From the NCBI GenBank assembly GCA_964438605.1, contig CAYTKT010000005.1, positions 2,395 to 66,394 on the forward strand: DNA of 64,000 nt. The letters run 5' to 3'. Below, one piece after another: positions 37,701 to 46,121 of this stretch (within the stretch, counting starts at the first letter, position 1; the number at the start of each line of letters is the position of its first letter). This stretch comes from an uncultured Oscillospiraceae bacterium (lineage in GTDB: Bacteria > Bacillota > Clostridia > Peptostreptococcales > Anaerovoracaceae). Under the pieces are notes generated by a model that saw only the letters and a list, made by a program, of their open reading frames with translations, was not told where the DNA came from and did not search any database. A program made the position numbers and the translations under genes.

Positions 37701-39714
37701 AAACCTGGTCATTTCCCACGATATTGCCCAAATAAAGTCCCTCATCCGCATTTTCCAAGGTATATTTACCGTCATATGGTTTTTCCTCGATCTGTTTGCC
37801 GGAAACATAGACCTTCCTTTTCGCAACTTCCATGTTTATCTCCAACACACCATCGGCATAAGTGTCATCGCCCGCAATCGTCGCTTTTACTTTATACTGA
37901 CCGGCTTTCACCGGAGGTTTCGTGACCCACTTGTCTCCGCTTCCATCGACCAGACTGTATTCCACTTTAATAGTTCCGTTGCGGCCAGCCGTAAACGAAA
38001 GACTGTGAGCTTTTCCATCGTAAATAGGCCTCGTTTTGTTGTTAGGATTTTCTTTGATTACGGTCGGCGTTTTATTCGTAACTTGAATACTTGCGCTTCC
38101 TTTAACTGTTTCATAATTTTCTGTATCTTCCGGGGTAAAGGTCCATCCTTTACTTACAGTGTCTTCTTTATCCGACACGACCGGATCATGTGTATCAATT
38201 CCCTCCCATTTTAATTCACCAGGAACATCTAAAGCATGATTGGCTCCATTGGCAAATGTGCCGCTGAGTTTCGATTTACTCAGATTCTCACCGACTTTCA
38301 CCCCGGTCGCCGTCACCGTACCAACCGGCTTCGCCTTGCTTACCTCGACCTTTGGAGCCGTGCCTGTTTTCCATTCCACTTTATAGTTTCCGTTAGAACC
38401 GGCAATTTCAATCGGGTACTCGCCGCTCGCTTTCGCGCCCTGAGAAAATCCATCGCTGGTAAATGTCAAATTCGTAAGGCTGTTTTTGATTTTGTCACCC
38501 GAATCTCCCTCGACGCTCCATTTTACATCCTCCGGTCCTTTTGTTTCCCCGTAGGTTTTTTCAATATTGCTCGCATTGATTTGAATCGTTTTCGGTGTTA
38601 CTTTTACCGCAAAGGTATAGGTAGCAATCCCGGAAGCGATACGGAAATGAACCGAAGCGGAATGTGTTTGGTTAGCCTCCAGATTCTGGTTAAACTTCAG
38701 AGTATAGCCGACATATCCATCCTTCGGAATATTGTATCCATTGGTCTCATCACCTGTTACTGTTTCAGGTTTTTCGTTACTTTTTTTAAGAGTAAAAACA
38801 TTTGTCGTAAAATCAGGACAGCCGACGTTCTTGAGTTCCGTATTGCCGGTATTTTTCAACTGGAATTCATATTCCTGTACACTGGTTTTTCCATATTCTA
38901 CAGATTGTTCCAGCGTAAACGTCTTCGAAAAAGGGCCGTCTTTATCTCCCGTGTCGAAACTGGATTTGTCCTCCGCAGGCACTAATTCAGCCTTGACGAC
39001 CGGACGGGTGCCGTACACCGGATAAAGATCAACAGTGTTATTGTCTCCATCGTCCGGAAGTTTATCCAATGCCTTGTAATTATTATTTTCCTTATCAGTA
39101 TTCCAACCGATAAATTCCTTGTTTCCGTCCGTTTTGTCATTCAACTTTGGAAGAAGCAGACTGCCGGTCAACGTTCCTGCCGTTCCGAAGATAGAAAGAA
39201 CTTTATCCTCCCCCTCCTTCGGCTCAAACTCATCACCTGTATAAAGGCTCTCCTCCGAAACCGTATCCCCGTTTCCTATATGGAATTTGTACTCGATCAG
39301 AGTAATCGTCTTTTCACAGGAATCATCATCCTTGGAAACGGTTGCTGTATAGTCGCCTGGCTTGTTAAGTTCTTCCGCCTGCCAGTAATACTGAGAACCG
39401 GTGGAATTCATTCCTTCTTGCTGAACATTGTCATCTGTCAGCCCACTTTCTGGAATGGTTTTAGAATAAAAGGATTTTTCCTCTTCCGGCCCTTTGACTT
39501 CCACCTTGTATCCATTGAGCGACTTGCCACCCTTCATCGTCACGTACATGATATTTCTCGTTTCATCCTCCACATCACGAAACGGCGCATTGTTCGCCTT
39601 AAAGGCAAAATCAATCTCTCCCCCTGAAGATGCTGCCGCATACACCGGCGACATCGGAATCATGGTCAGCGCCATGGCCATCATCAAGAGGATAGACAAA
39701 AGTTTTTTCCTCAT
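34771..39714 (-). CDS. giant cell-surface protein: signal peptide, multiple Ig-like/MBG(YDG)-type repeats, Big_2-like domain, Gly/Ser-Pro/Glu linker, three C-terminal SLH domains
   Basis: 1647 aa. Signal peptide MRKKLLSILLMMAMALTMIPMSPVYAAA. Three SLH repeats (FDDVAGSNWFAGAVDF..., FSDVANGSWYTEGIAW..., FSDSGAISGYAADAMTW...). RBS GGAAAGGAG. Confidence 0.9.
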   Translation of the reverse strand: MRKKLLSILLMMAMALTMIPMSPVYAAASSGGEIDFAFKANNAPFRDVEDETRNIMYVTMKGGKSLNGYKVEVKGPEEEKSFYSKTIPESGLTDDNVQQEGMNSTGSQYYWQAEELNKPGDYTATVSKDDDSCEKTITLIEYKFHIGNGDTVSEESLYTGDEFEPKEGEDKVLSIFGTAGTLTGSLLLPKLNDKTDGNKEFIGWNTDKENNNYKALDKLPDDGDNNTVDLYPVYGTRPVVKAELVPAEDKSSFDTGDKDGPFSKTFTLEQSVEYGKTSVQEYEFQLKNTGNTELKNVGCPDFTTNVFTLKKSNEKPETVTGDETNGYNIPKDGYVGYTLKFNQNLEANQTHSASVHFRIASGIATYTFAVKVTPKTIQINASNIEKTYGETKGPEDVKWSVEGDSGDKIKNSLTNLTFTSDGFSQGAKASGEYPIEIAGSNGNYKVEWKTGTAPKVEVSKAKPVGTVTATGVKVGENLSKSKLSGTFANGANHALDVPGELKWEGIDTHDPVVSDKEDTVSKGWTFTPEDTENYETVKGSASIQVTNKTPTVIKENPNNKTRPIYDGKAHSLSFTAGRNGTIKVEYSLVDGSGDKWVTKPPVKAGQYKVKATIAGDDTYADGVLEINMEVAKRKVYVSGKQIEEKPYDGKYTLENADEGLYLGNIVGNDQVLISGSEGVYENVDVGTQEVKITPGNLTGKDVNNYVLSSKSAVHAEGVINPKEVTVKVKDETELTKEYGQEAVFNISAFDADGMINGEKFAEVVNAEFMSEGAAYDAKVDDDGYDVEIEITGGNYTATNDKIENALKVEKATPVLKGEVTAECGYVNEQKTDVKVHGLYVNPYKEEMVVDGTFSLTEDDEFEDFEDDFKDEVCHWEFELTDTKNYNKPDDPAEDSRTVTVRVMKKKPVPIDVSDYNKEYTGDKIDLGLKVGENGEIGFETKIEYAPIESEAWVVGLPKNAGIYKVRITAYAGDESDTYADNSVDIKAVVEKVKNYGTEPVFNGYEGQVLGTISGPTSMSGVKNETVTGTFHWYEPDTVITKDGESYAWTFTPNDTPNDQNYDILHKSSVVNLKTDDREIPATIYNLPEGYADYAVLALNGSELKEGDTVGFYRNGSPVSAPVTIGDADIKSSLIVELDENALTREAGRITVQLQGEKKKAQTVSYPAEVGSEIADVDVYVNESVTISSDKNAKVTVDNAEIAKVDGAKITGLKVGTARATVTAVYDHPDSGNHSGEKITITRTITVTVSNRPSSGGSSSGGGGSGGGSAAKPEPEPEPQPSPKPEEPLLTPETTVSGNEAKAEITEDTVTSGIEAAKSANSENLTVAPEAKDGADKMTVELPKSSMGDIADAGLNLTVETDAADVTLPTASLEELNTSDGGKVSVSVEKKEDGTTGIEVAVDGNKIDSLKGGLKAKLPVVGDGNVLVIVEPDGTETVVKKSVVDAGYIDALLDGSCSVKVKDNRKAFDDVAGSNWFAGAVDFASSHDLFQGVADKTFAPKEAMTRGMLSTVLWRLEDEESATATDMFSDVANGSWYTEGIAWANEHGIVTGYGGGAFGPNDNITREQLATMLWRYAGVMNMDMTAKGNLGRFSDSGAISGYAADAMTWAVGAGLLEGSDTGLLNPDGSATRAEVATIMQRMIRLMVK

Positions 39715-39805
39715 AAGAATCTCCTTTCCTCACTATATAACTTATAACCCATCTCCCTCAAATACCTTAAGAGCGACATAGATTAGGAAACAATATTTTT
39801 TTGTT

Positions 39806-39836
39806 ATTTTACCACCCCCCCCCCCTAGAAAATCAA
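39806..39836 (-). promoter_or_regulatory. promoter-like element with G11 tract in the spacer
   Basis: The minus strand reads TTGATT-TTCTA-GGGGGGGGGGG-TGG-TAAAAT. That is a -35-like hexamer, a 19-nt spacer, and an extended -10 (TGnTAAAAT). It lies about 92 nt upstream of the SLH gene ATG. Confidence 0.45.
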
Positions 39837-40148
39837 CGCCTTCCCGGCCTCTTCATCCCTTATTCTCAGCCATTTTGATTCGCTTCCTAGCTCATTTGTC
39901 CCTATTTTTCTACGTTAAATTCATACCTCTTTTTAACGTTTTCAAAAAACTCTTGGCAAAACGCCTTTCCCATGCAGCCCACCCCGTATGCGCAGAATAG
40001 TCCCTTCTGTCACGGACCGGTTCGCCATGCCAAAGCGCCGTATTCGCATCTTTATCGTGTAAAATTTCGTACAATATTAACGCCATTTAAAATGAAAACA
40101 CATTGAAATCAATATATTTTTACGCCTTGAAAAAAATTTTTTAAAAAA

Positions 40149-40175
40149 TTAGCACTCTCATGTTTAGAGTGCTAA
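40149..40175 (+). promoter_or_regulatory. CIRCE operator (HrcA binding site)
   Basis: TTAGCACTC-TCATGTTTA-GAGTGCTAA is a perfect match to TTAGCACTC-N9-GAGTGCTAA. Confidence 0.85.
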
Positions 40176-40449
40176 TCGATTGGTTATATATATGGTGTAA
40201 GAAAAAGAACTCAAAAAGAGTTCTCCAAACTCTCCTTTCGACGCGCGGGGAAGGAGGGCATGAAAATTAAAAAATAAAAACAACACGAAAGGACTGCACA
40301 GGTAAAGATTTCACTTAAACCGAAAAAACTACTTCCATGCAACTTATTCAATGTGCAGAAATACGGGCAGACTACAAATCAACCTGCATAAAACGTTCTC
40401 CTTTCGGAAATAACAATATCACAGACTAAAAATAAGAAGGAGGTACATT

Positions 40450-40893
40450 ATGTTATCTTTAACACCGAGAGCTAATTTAGGATTGACTGGTTTTGACTTT
40501 TTCGACGATATGTTTTCTCATCCGTTTTTCAGAAATACGGGCCGCGATATGCAGATACCTTCGATGAAAACAGATATTCAGGAAAAAGACGGCATGTATC
40601 TGCTGGATATGGACCTTCCCGGTTATGAGAAGGAAAATATCAAGGTCGAGTTAAACAACGGCTATCTTACGATTTCCGCCAGCAGAAATTCCAGCACTGA
40701 CGAATCCAACGATGAGACAGGTTTCGTATACCGGGAAAGAAGCACCGGTGAATGTAGACGCAGCTTCTATGTCGGCGATTCTATCCGCGAGGAGGATATT
40801 AAGGCCGCTTACAACAACGGCACCCTGTCTGTAACATTCCCGAAAGAAGCGCCGCAGCAGATTGACGAAAAGAAATATATCGCCATCGAGTAA
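40450..40893 (+). CDS. Hsp20/alpha-crystallin family small heat-shock protein
   Basis: 147 aa with an alpha-crystallin domain (DIQEKDGMYLLDMDLPGYEKENIKVEL..., AYNNGTLSVTFPK). RBS AAGGAGG. Confidence 0.9.
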   Translation: MLSLTPRANLGLTGFDFFDDMFSHPFFRNTGRDMQIPSMKTDIQEKDGMYLLDMDLPGYEKENIKVELNNGYLTISASRNSSTDESNDETGFVYRERSTGECRRSFYVGDSIREEDIKAAYNNGTLSVTFPKEAPQQIDEKKYIAIE

Positions 40894-41082
40894 TTTGATT
40901 CAAATCACGAAGTGTGCAGGAAGCGGCAGAGCAGCGGACACACACCGCACCATAAAATGGTGAAAGCGCAGAAAAGCAGAAAATCAAAAAGCCGGGCGAA
41001 GCCGGTTAAAAAAGCCACAATGTAAATAAAGAACATCGAACAAACAGAAATACGAAACACACCATCAGGAAATGTACTGCAA

Positions 41083-41132
41083 AACATCAACTGCGGAAAG
41101 ACCCGTGAGGTCTTTCCGCAGTTGATGTTTTT
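41083..41132. terminator. bidirectional intrinsic terminator (21-bp perfect stem)
   Basis: AACATCAACTGCGGAAAGACC-CGTGA-GGTCTTTCCGCAGTTGATGTT, flanked by an A-run and a T-run. It sits between the convergent hsp20 and flavodoxin genes. Confidence 0.7.
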
Positions 41133-41317
41133 ATATAGTTTTATATAATAAAGTTTAAATTATATTTGTTCAATTTATCTAAATTATTTAAAATAGCTTC
41201 TTTTTTGATTTTTTATCAGGCAATGAAAATGATCGCACCACCGCAAGCACGAGCCCATACAAGCATTAACATGACGACAGCCACACATTTTCATCCCGTT
41301 TATCCTGCCTCCGTTTT

Positions 41318-41743
41318 TTATGCGGCAAGCGCCTTTCCCATTTTTTCACATGCATTCTTTTCCGCCTCACCCGGAGATTCGTTGCATATGACGCTGGCGC
41401 AAACGAGCAGCGCTCCGGCACTGATGCAGACATCTTCCCAATTTCTCATCCATTCGCCATCGCCCCATCCGTAAGAGCCGAACAAGGCAATCTTTTTGCC
41501 TTTCAGACCACCCGCGCAGCCGGAAAACATCGGCTCAAACACATCAGGCTCCAGTTGTTCGGAACCCATAGACGGACAGCCGAAAGCGACTGCGTCAAAC
41601 CGGTCAAGCATAGAACCGTCAAAATCGGCCGCCTCAAACAACGCCGTTTCAGCTCCTGCCTGCTTCGCGCCCGCTTCCACCTTTTCCGCCATCGTCTGTG
41701 TATTTCCGGTTCCGCTCCAATAAACTACTGCTACTTTGTTCAT
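41318..41743 (-). CDS. flavodoxin
   Basis: MNKVAVVYWSGTGNT FMN-binding loop. The ATG at 41743 has a GGAGGAG RBS. Confidence 0.85.
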   Translation of the reverse strand: MNKVAVVYWSGTGNTQTMAEKVEAGAKQAGAETALFEAADFDGSMLDRFDAVAFGCPSMGSEQLEPDVFEPMFSGCAGGLKGKKIALFGSYGWGDGEWMRNWEDVCISAGALLVCASVICNESPGEAEKNACEKMGKALAA

Positions 41744-42010
41744 TTTAAACTCCTCCCATTTTTTCTCAGGACACTGTTGCCGACGGTCCGGCATATTCTT
41801 CCTCTCAGGATTCAGACCATCTCAGCCGTTCGCTCTCCCTCCTTTTCAAGTTCAGACTGTCCACACTTTTTCCTTTCAGGATTCAGGTTATATTCCGGCT
41901 ATCCACGCTCTTTTTCAAGATACAGGCCAGATACAGGCCGCTTGCCGGCTAGCCGGCGTTTTTTTTGGGATTCGGGCCGTTTCGTTTGTCTGCGCCTCTC
42001 TCTTTCCGGC

Positions 42011-42565
42011 TCAAGCCGCCACCGTCAGTTGCCAGATGCTTTTCTTTCCCTTCATCCAGAGGTTCACATATTGTTCTTTACACTTTTTCAGCTTTGCGAA
42101 CATCTTTTTTGCTTCACATTCATCACCATAAACCTTCCAGCAGTCAGAACATTTGCAGTTCTGCCCGTTATTTTTGATGAAACCGACAACATCATCCAGC
42201 GGATAGCCGAGAAAAATGCCGATTTCATGAGGAAATGCGCTGCTTTGCGCCAGACGGCGCCGCAAATGACAGAGCGCCTCATCGGGATTAAAATTGGAAT
42301 AACCGTATTTTCCCAAAAATTTTCTGATTTCCGGCCGGTCAAGTTCCCGCTTCAGATGGCTGCGGCGAAAGACGTAAATCAGCGCACTCCTGTCTGTCGT
42401 CTTCAGACAGGTCAGACTGACACCTTTGCCGCCCAGACAATGATTCCACTCATCGACCTGACGGTTGAGCAGACACTCCTGAACAAACGGGAGGCTGAAC
42501 AGACTGGCAGGTTTCAAGGAAGCCAGTGTAGGAGAACAATGTAGTACCAGATATTTTTCCAGCAT
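42011..42565 (-). CDS. DUF3793-family protein
   Basis: 184 aa. LHCSPTLASLKPASLFS...GYPLDDVVGF...CKCSDCWKVY matches the DUF3793 pattern, a family often found next to flavodoxin in Clostridia. Confidence 0.7.
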   Translation of the reverse strand: MLEKYLVLHCSPTLASLKPASLFSLPFVQECLLNRQVDEWNHCLGGKGVSLTCLKTTDRSALIYVFRRSHLKRELDRPEIRKFLGKYGYSNFNPDEALCHLRRRLAQSSAFPHEIGIFLGYPLDDVVGFIKNNGQNCKCSDCWKVYGDECEAKKMFAKLKKCKEQYVNLWMKGKKSIWQLTVAA

Positions 42566-42825
42566 GATCGAATAACCTCCCGTATTGTCGTTCTTGTCCG
42601 CACCTTTTCATTTTCGTAATGAGCGCAATAATCGCTGATACGACCGGACGTCTGCTGAATCTGAATCACGATTAAGGATGAAAGATAAAAACCGAAAAGC
42701 CGGTTAGGGTTTTCTAACCATCATCCCAAAAAATTGCGGCCGATGCCGCGTTTTTATTAGCTATTGCTAACTCCTATTAGAATGCCATATTTTAAGTCGC
42801 TTGTCAAGTGAAATGCGCCGTCAAA

Positions 42826-43097
42826 TCACGGTCGCCGCCGAGAATTTCTTTTCTCACGTATCGCATTGACGCATCGACAACGAAACGAACAACATTCCGT
42901 GAACGCAGCAGCCATTCTATCATCTTTGAACGCAGAGATTTTGGCGTCAAATAAAGAAGCAATGCTTTTCTTCCAGAAAATCCCTAAACTTCGCTGCCGG
43001 CTTCGTATAAATACTCCTGCCATCGTCGTCAGCCGTTCCGCAGCCGAACAATTCTCCCTGCTCTATCTACCTCGATGTCGAGACAGACGATTGACAT
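42826..43097 (-). pseudogene. possible remnant of a DEDD (DnaQ-like) exonuclease N-terminus
   Basis: The minus strand reads MSIVCLDIEVDRAGRIV.. followed by a stop, then a shifted frame DDDGRSIYTKPAAKFRDFLEE. This resembles the ExoI motif region and is broken by frameshifts. Confidence 0.3.
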
Positions 43098-43289
43098 AAT
43101 CCTGATTTCCTTCCCTAATTATTCTATTTTTAATTTATCTGCACGCTTATCAGACCACATTTTAATATATCCGCAACGTCCGTGCGCCAGAGTTGATCTG
43201 GCCGCTTTTCTATAAAAAAGGACGCAATTTCACCAAAGCGCGAAGTTCCTGCACATATTCTGTAATTCGTAAAAGAAAGCAATCTATCA

Positions 43290-43318
43290 TTGACATCGCT
43301 GAAAATGTAATGTATAAT
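43290..43318 (+). promoter_or_regulatory. perfect consensus sigma-A-type promoter TTGACA-N17-TATAAT
   Basis: TTGACA at 43290..43295, a 17-nt spacer, and TATAAT at 43313..43318. Confidence 0.55.
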
Positions 43319-43483
43319 ATTGGAAAACGTCGGCAGGAAGTCGACGGAAAGATTCAGAAGAATTTTTTAAAGATTACGGATGACATATCTGAAAATCTCT
43401 GTCCACTCCGCACCGTCGCTCGCGATTTGCGCCTGGATCATCCGGAACATGCTGCGATCCGGATTCTAAAGATATCCGACTTT

Positions 43484-43999
43484 GGCGATACCTGCGCCAG
43501 CTGCATTTACACCGATGGCGCGTGCTTCGTCTTTTTTGGATTTGAAAGATGCACTGGCCGTGGCGATACCTGCGTCGGCTGCATTCACACCGATGGCATG
43601 TGCTTCGTCTTTTCCGGACTTGAAAGACGCACCAACTGTGGCGATACTTACATCGGCTGCATTTACGCCGATGTCGCGTATTTCGTCTTTTTCGGATTTG
43701 AAAGATGCACCAGCTATGGCGATACCTGTGTCAGCTACATTTACGCCGATGGCGTGTACTTCGTCTTTCCCGGATTTAAAAAGACGCGCCAGCCATGGCA
43801 ATACCTGTGTCAGCTGCATTTACGCCGATGGCATATGCTTCGTCTTTTCCGGACTTGAAAGACGCACCAGCTCTGGTGATACTTACATCGGCTGCATTTT
43901 TACACCGATGTCGCGTATTTCGCCTTTTCCGGATTTAAAAGATACACCAGCCGTGGAGATATCTGCGTCGATTGTATTTACGTTGGTGGTGTGAGCCGG
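43484..43999. repeat. 6.5 x 78-bp tandem repeat array
   Basis: Units begin with GGCGATACCTGCG...; unit lengths are 78, 78, 78, 79, 78 and 80, then a partial unit. A partial degenerate unit also sits just upstream, at about 43461. Confidence 0.9.
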
Positions 44000-44034
44000 A
44001 CATATATATTTGCGCTTTTTTATTATATACTACG

Positions 44035-44078
44035 AAAGTATGCCTTTCTCAGAGGAGAAGCAGCATACTTTTTTATTT
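44035..44078 (+). terminator. intrinsic terminator
   Basis: AAAGTATGC-CTTTCTCAGAGGAGAAGCA-GCATACTTT followed by TTTTATTT on the plus strand only. Confidence 0.6.
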
Positions 44079-44192
44079 CGGCGCACCTGTCAGATTTTCA
44101 TCCGGACAACAACGGGGAACTCTAAAAAATGAGGCCCCGGATCGTTTATCACCTATAATTACTTATCATCTATATCAAAGGAGGAAAAACGT

Positions 44193-44621
44193 ATGGCATG
44201 TTTTATCGTACCTGCCGCTGAGGCAGTTATCACAACGATTGCGACAAAAGTAATAAAATCAAGAGAGGAAAAAGCTGAAAAAATTGAACTTTCTCCCCAA
44301 AACACCGATGGCGCCGCTTTGGAAATCGCAGAATCAGTGGGAAAAATCCGCCTTTCAAGAAAGCTCAAGTGGCTTTCAAATATGCTCTGGGGCGGCTCTG
44401 TCCTATTGCTGTTTGAACACTTATGGCATGGCGAAGTCGTTGTATGGTTCCCGTTCCTGACATCTGCAGCCACGCCGGCCGGAACGGCTGAAATGTTCAG
44501 AGAAATGGCAACAGTCGGCGTCATGATGTCCCTTCTCGTAACGGTCGTATGGCTCGGTATGGTCGCCGTGACATCGATAATCGAAAAAAAAGCGCTCCGC
44601 CCGCAGCCGGCGTCAAAGTAG
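44193..44621 (+). CDS. hypothetical small membrane protein (142 aa)
   Basis: RBS AAAGGAGGA and 2-3 predicted TM segments. Contains the motif LWGGSVLLLFEHLWHGE. Confidence 0.6.
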   Translation: MACFIVPAAEAVITTIATKVIKSREEKAEKIELSPQNTDGAALEIAESVGKIRLSRKLKWLSNMLWGGSVLLLFEHLWHGEVVVWFPFLTSAATPAGTAEMFREMATVGVMMSLLVTVVWLGMVAVTSIIEKKALRPQPASK

Positions 44622-44637
44622 TGGGAGGGAACGCGTC

Positions 44638-44955
44638 ATGACACTGCTGACGACAGTCTTTGCAGCGATTATCTGTACGATTATCTGGTACCGGACGTTC
44701 CCCAAAAGTCAGATGATGGTCGGCGTCCTGTGTTGGATCTACTGGGGCGCTTCTATCATGTGGTTTGCGGACGCCATTTTTGAATATGCCGAACTTCATG
44801 AGGCATATTTTACGCCCGCTCCGGCTGATATGCTCAACGACTTTTTCCTGGGACTGTCTGTTGTGGCGCTGGGACTGATTATCTATTTGATAATTCTGCT
44901 TGTAAAAGACCCGAAAGGCGTTATCCGCGACGTTCTTTTCAGGAAAAAAGACTGA
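44638..44955 (+). CDS. hypothetical small membrane protein (105 aa), possible paralogue of 44193..44621
   Basis: RBS GGGAGGGA and 3 TM segments. YWGASIMWFADAIFEY resembles LWGGSVLLLFEHLWH in the upstream protein. Confidence 0.6.
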   Translation: MTLLTTVFAAIICTIIWYRTFPKSQMMVGVLCWIYWGASIMWFADAIFEYAELHEAYFTPAPADMLNDFFLGLSVVALGLIIYLIILLVKDPKGVIRDVLFRKKD

Positions 44956-45344
44956 GCAGCGGAAACAGAAACAAATTAAATATATGAAATCAAACGAATC
45001 TGCTGCAAAACAATTTTTATACAAGTTTTTCCCGTTGGCCGACCTGTTGAAAACACCATTTGACGATCAGCTGATTTGCGCAGGCAAAATGCGTACATCA
45101 ACCTGCCGAATAACATATTTTCAAGGCTGCGATTTGGGAAACCTTTTCTAAAACGAGCAAAAATACCAGCGCACAAATACAGCCGGATACGAAAGTGAAT
45201 CCATCAAAACAACATACCCATATCAAATACGCACCGAGCGTCATCGTCTCCGGCTGATTTGCTTTTACCAGGGCCTTTATGAAGCGGTTTCCAACTGTTC
45301 TTATTTCACGATACGGTCTTGGTCTTATAAAAAGAGAGAAACAT

Positions 45345-46121
45345 ATGGACTTAAAAACATTTTTTAAAGAAAACAAAAAAGCCGCTATCGCCTTTTCCGG
45401 CGGCGTAGATTCTTCTTACTTATTATATGCCGCAATCCGTTGCGGCGCTGAAGTCACAGCGTATTTTGTGAAATCGTCTTTTCAACCGGAATTTGAGCGG
45501 GAAGACGCATTGCGCATGGCTGACGGCCTCGGTGCGAAAATCCGCGTTCTTGAAGCGGATATACTGGCTGACCCCGCCGTTACTGCAAATCCGCCGGACC
45601 GCTGTTATTACTGCAAGCACGCTGTCTTCTCCAAAATCAAAAAAGCTGCTGCAGAAGACGGTTATTCCCTGATTCTCGACGGCACTAACGCGTCAGACGA
45701 CGCATCAGACAGGCCGGGTATGCGCGCGCTGAAAGAGATGGCCGTCCGTTCCCCGCTGCGCGAATCCGGTCTTACAAAATCGGAAATCCGCCGGCTTTCA
45801 AAGGAGGCCGGCCTTTTCACATGGAATAAACCGTCATATGCCTGTCTGGCCACGAGGATTCCCTCAAACATGAAAATCACAGCCGAACGTCTGGCGAAAA
45901 CGGAAACGGCTGAAAAATTCCTTTTCGATCTGGGATTTTCCGACTTTCGCGTCCGGATGCTGGCCGACGGTTCCGCGAAACTTCAGGTCACATCAGAGCA
46001 GTTCCCCAAAGTGATCGAAAACAGACAGGAAATTCTTACAAAACTTGAAAAACTGCTGTATACAAACGTCTTTCTCGACATGAAAACGCGCGAAGCGACA
46101 ACCATACCGATGCACAAATAG
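45345..46121 (+). CDS. larE: LarE-type ATP-dependent sacrificial sulfur transferase (PP-loop)
   Basis: AFSGGVDSSYLL PP-loop and a C-terminal LarE-like region. The ATG at 45345 is preferred. Confidence 0.8.
   Translation: MDLKTFFKENKKAAIAFSGGVDSSYLLYAAIRCGAEVTAYFVKSSFQPEFEREDALRMADGLGAKIRVLEADILADPAVTANPPDRCYYCKHAVFSKIKKAAAEDGYSLILDGTNASDDASDRPGMRALKEMAVRSPLRESGLTKSEIRRLSKEAGLFTWNKPSYACLATRIPSNMKITAERLAKTETAEKFLFDLGFSDFRVRMLADGSAKLQVTSEQFPKVIENRQEILTKLEKLLYTNVFLDMKTREATTIPMHK

Noticed and set aside
40260-40277. Five-codon mini-ORF (MKIKK) with GGAAGGAGGG upstream, in the hsp20 leader.
   Set aside because: The AGGAGG core ends only 2 nt before the ATG, which is too close for a normal SD spacing. 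No attenuator structure clearly depends on it.
43193-43858. Track ORFs across the 78-nt array: a plus-strand Cys-rich GDTC.SCIYTDG repeat, plus-strand AIPxSAAFTPM, and minus-strand ASFKSGKDE.
   Set aside because: Several frames stay open simply because the unit lacks stop codons. The 79- and 80-nt units shift every frame. There is no RBS or start context, and the only in-frame ATG overlaps the -10 box.
43484-43999. CRISPR array. The same question applies to the arrays at 23039, 54487 and 56886.
   Set aside because: Repeat units abut directly with no unique spacers. The units are degenerate, and no cas genes occur in the window.
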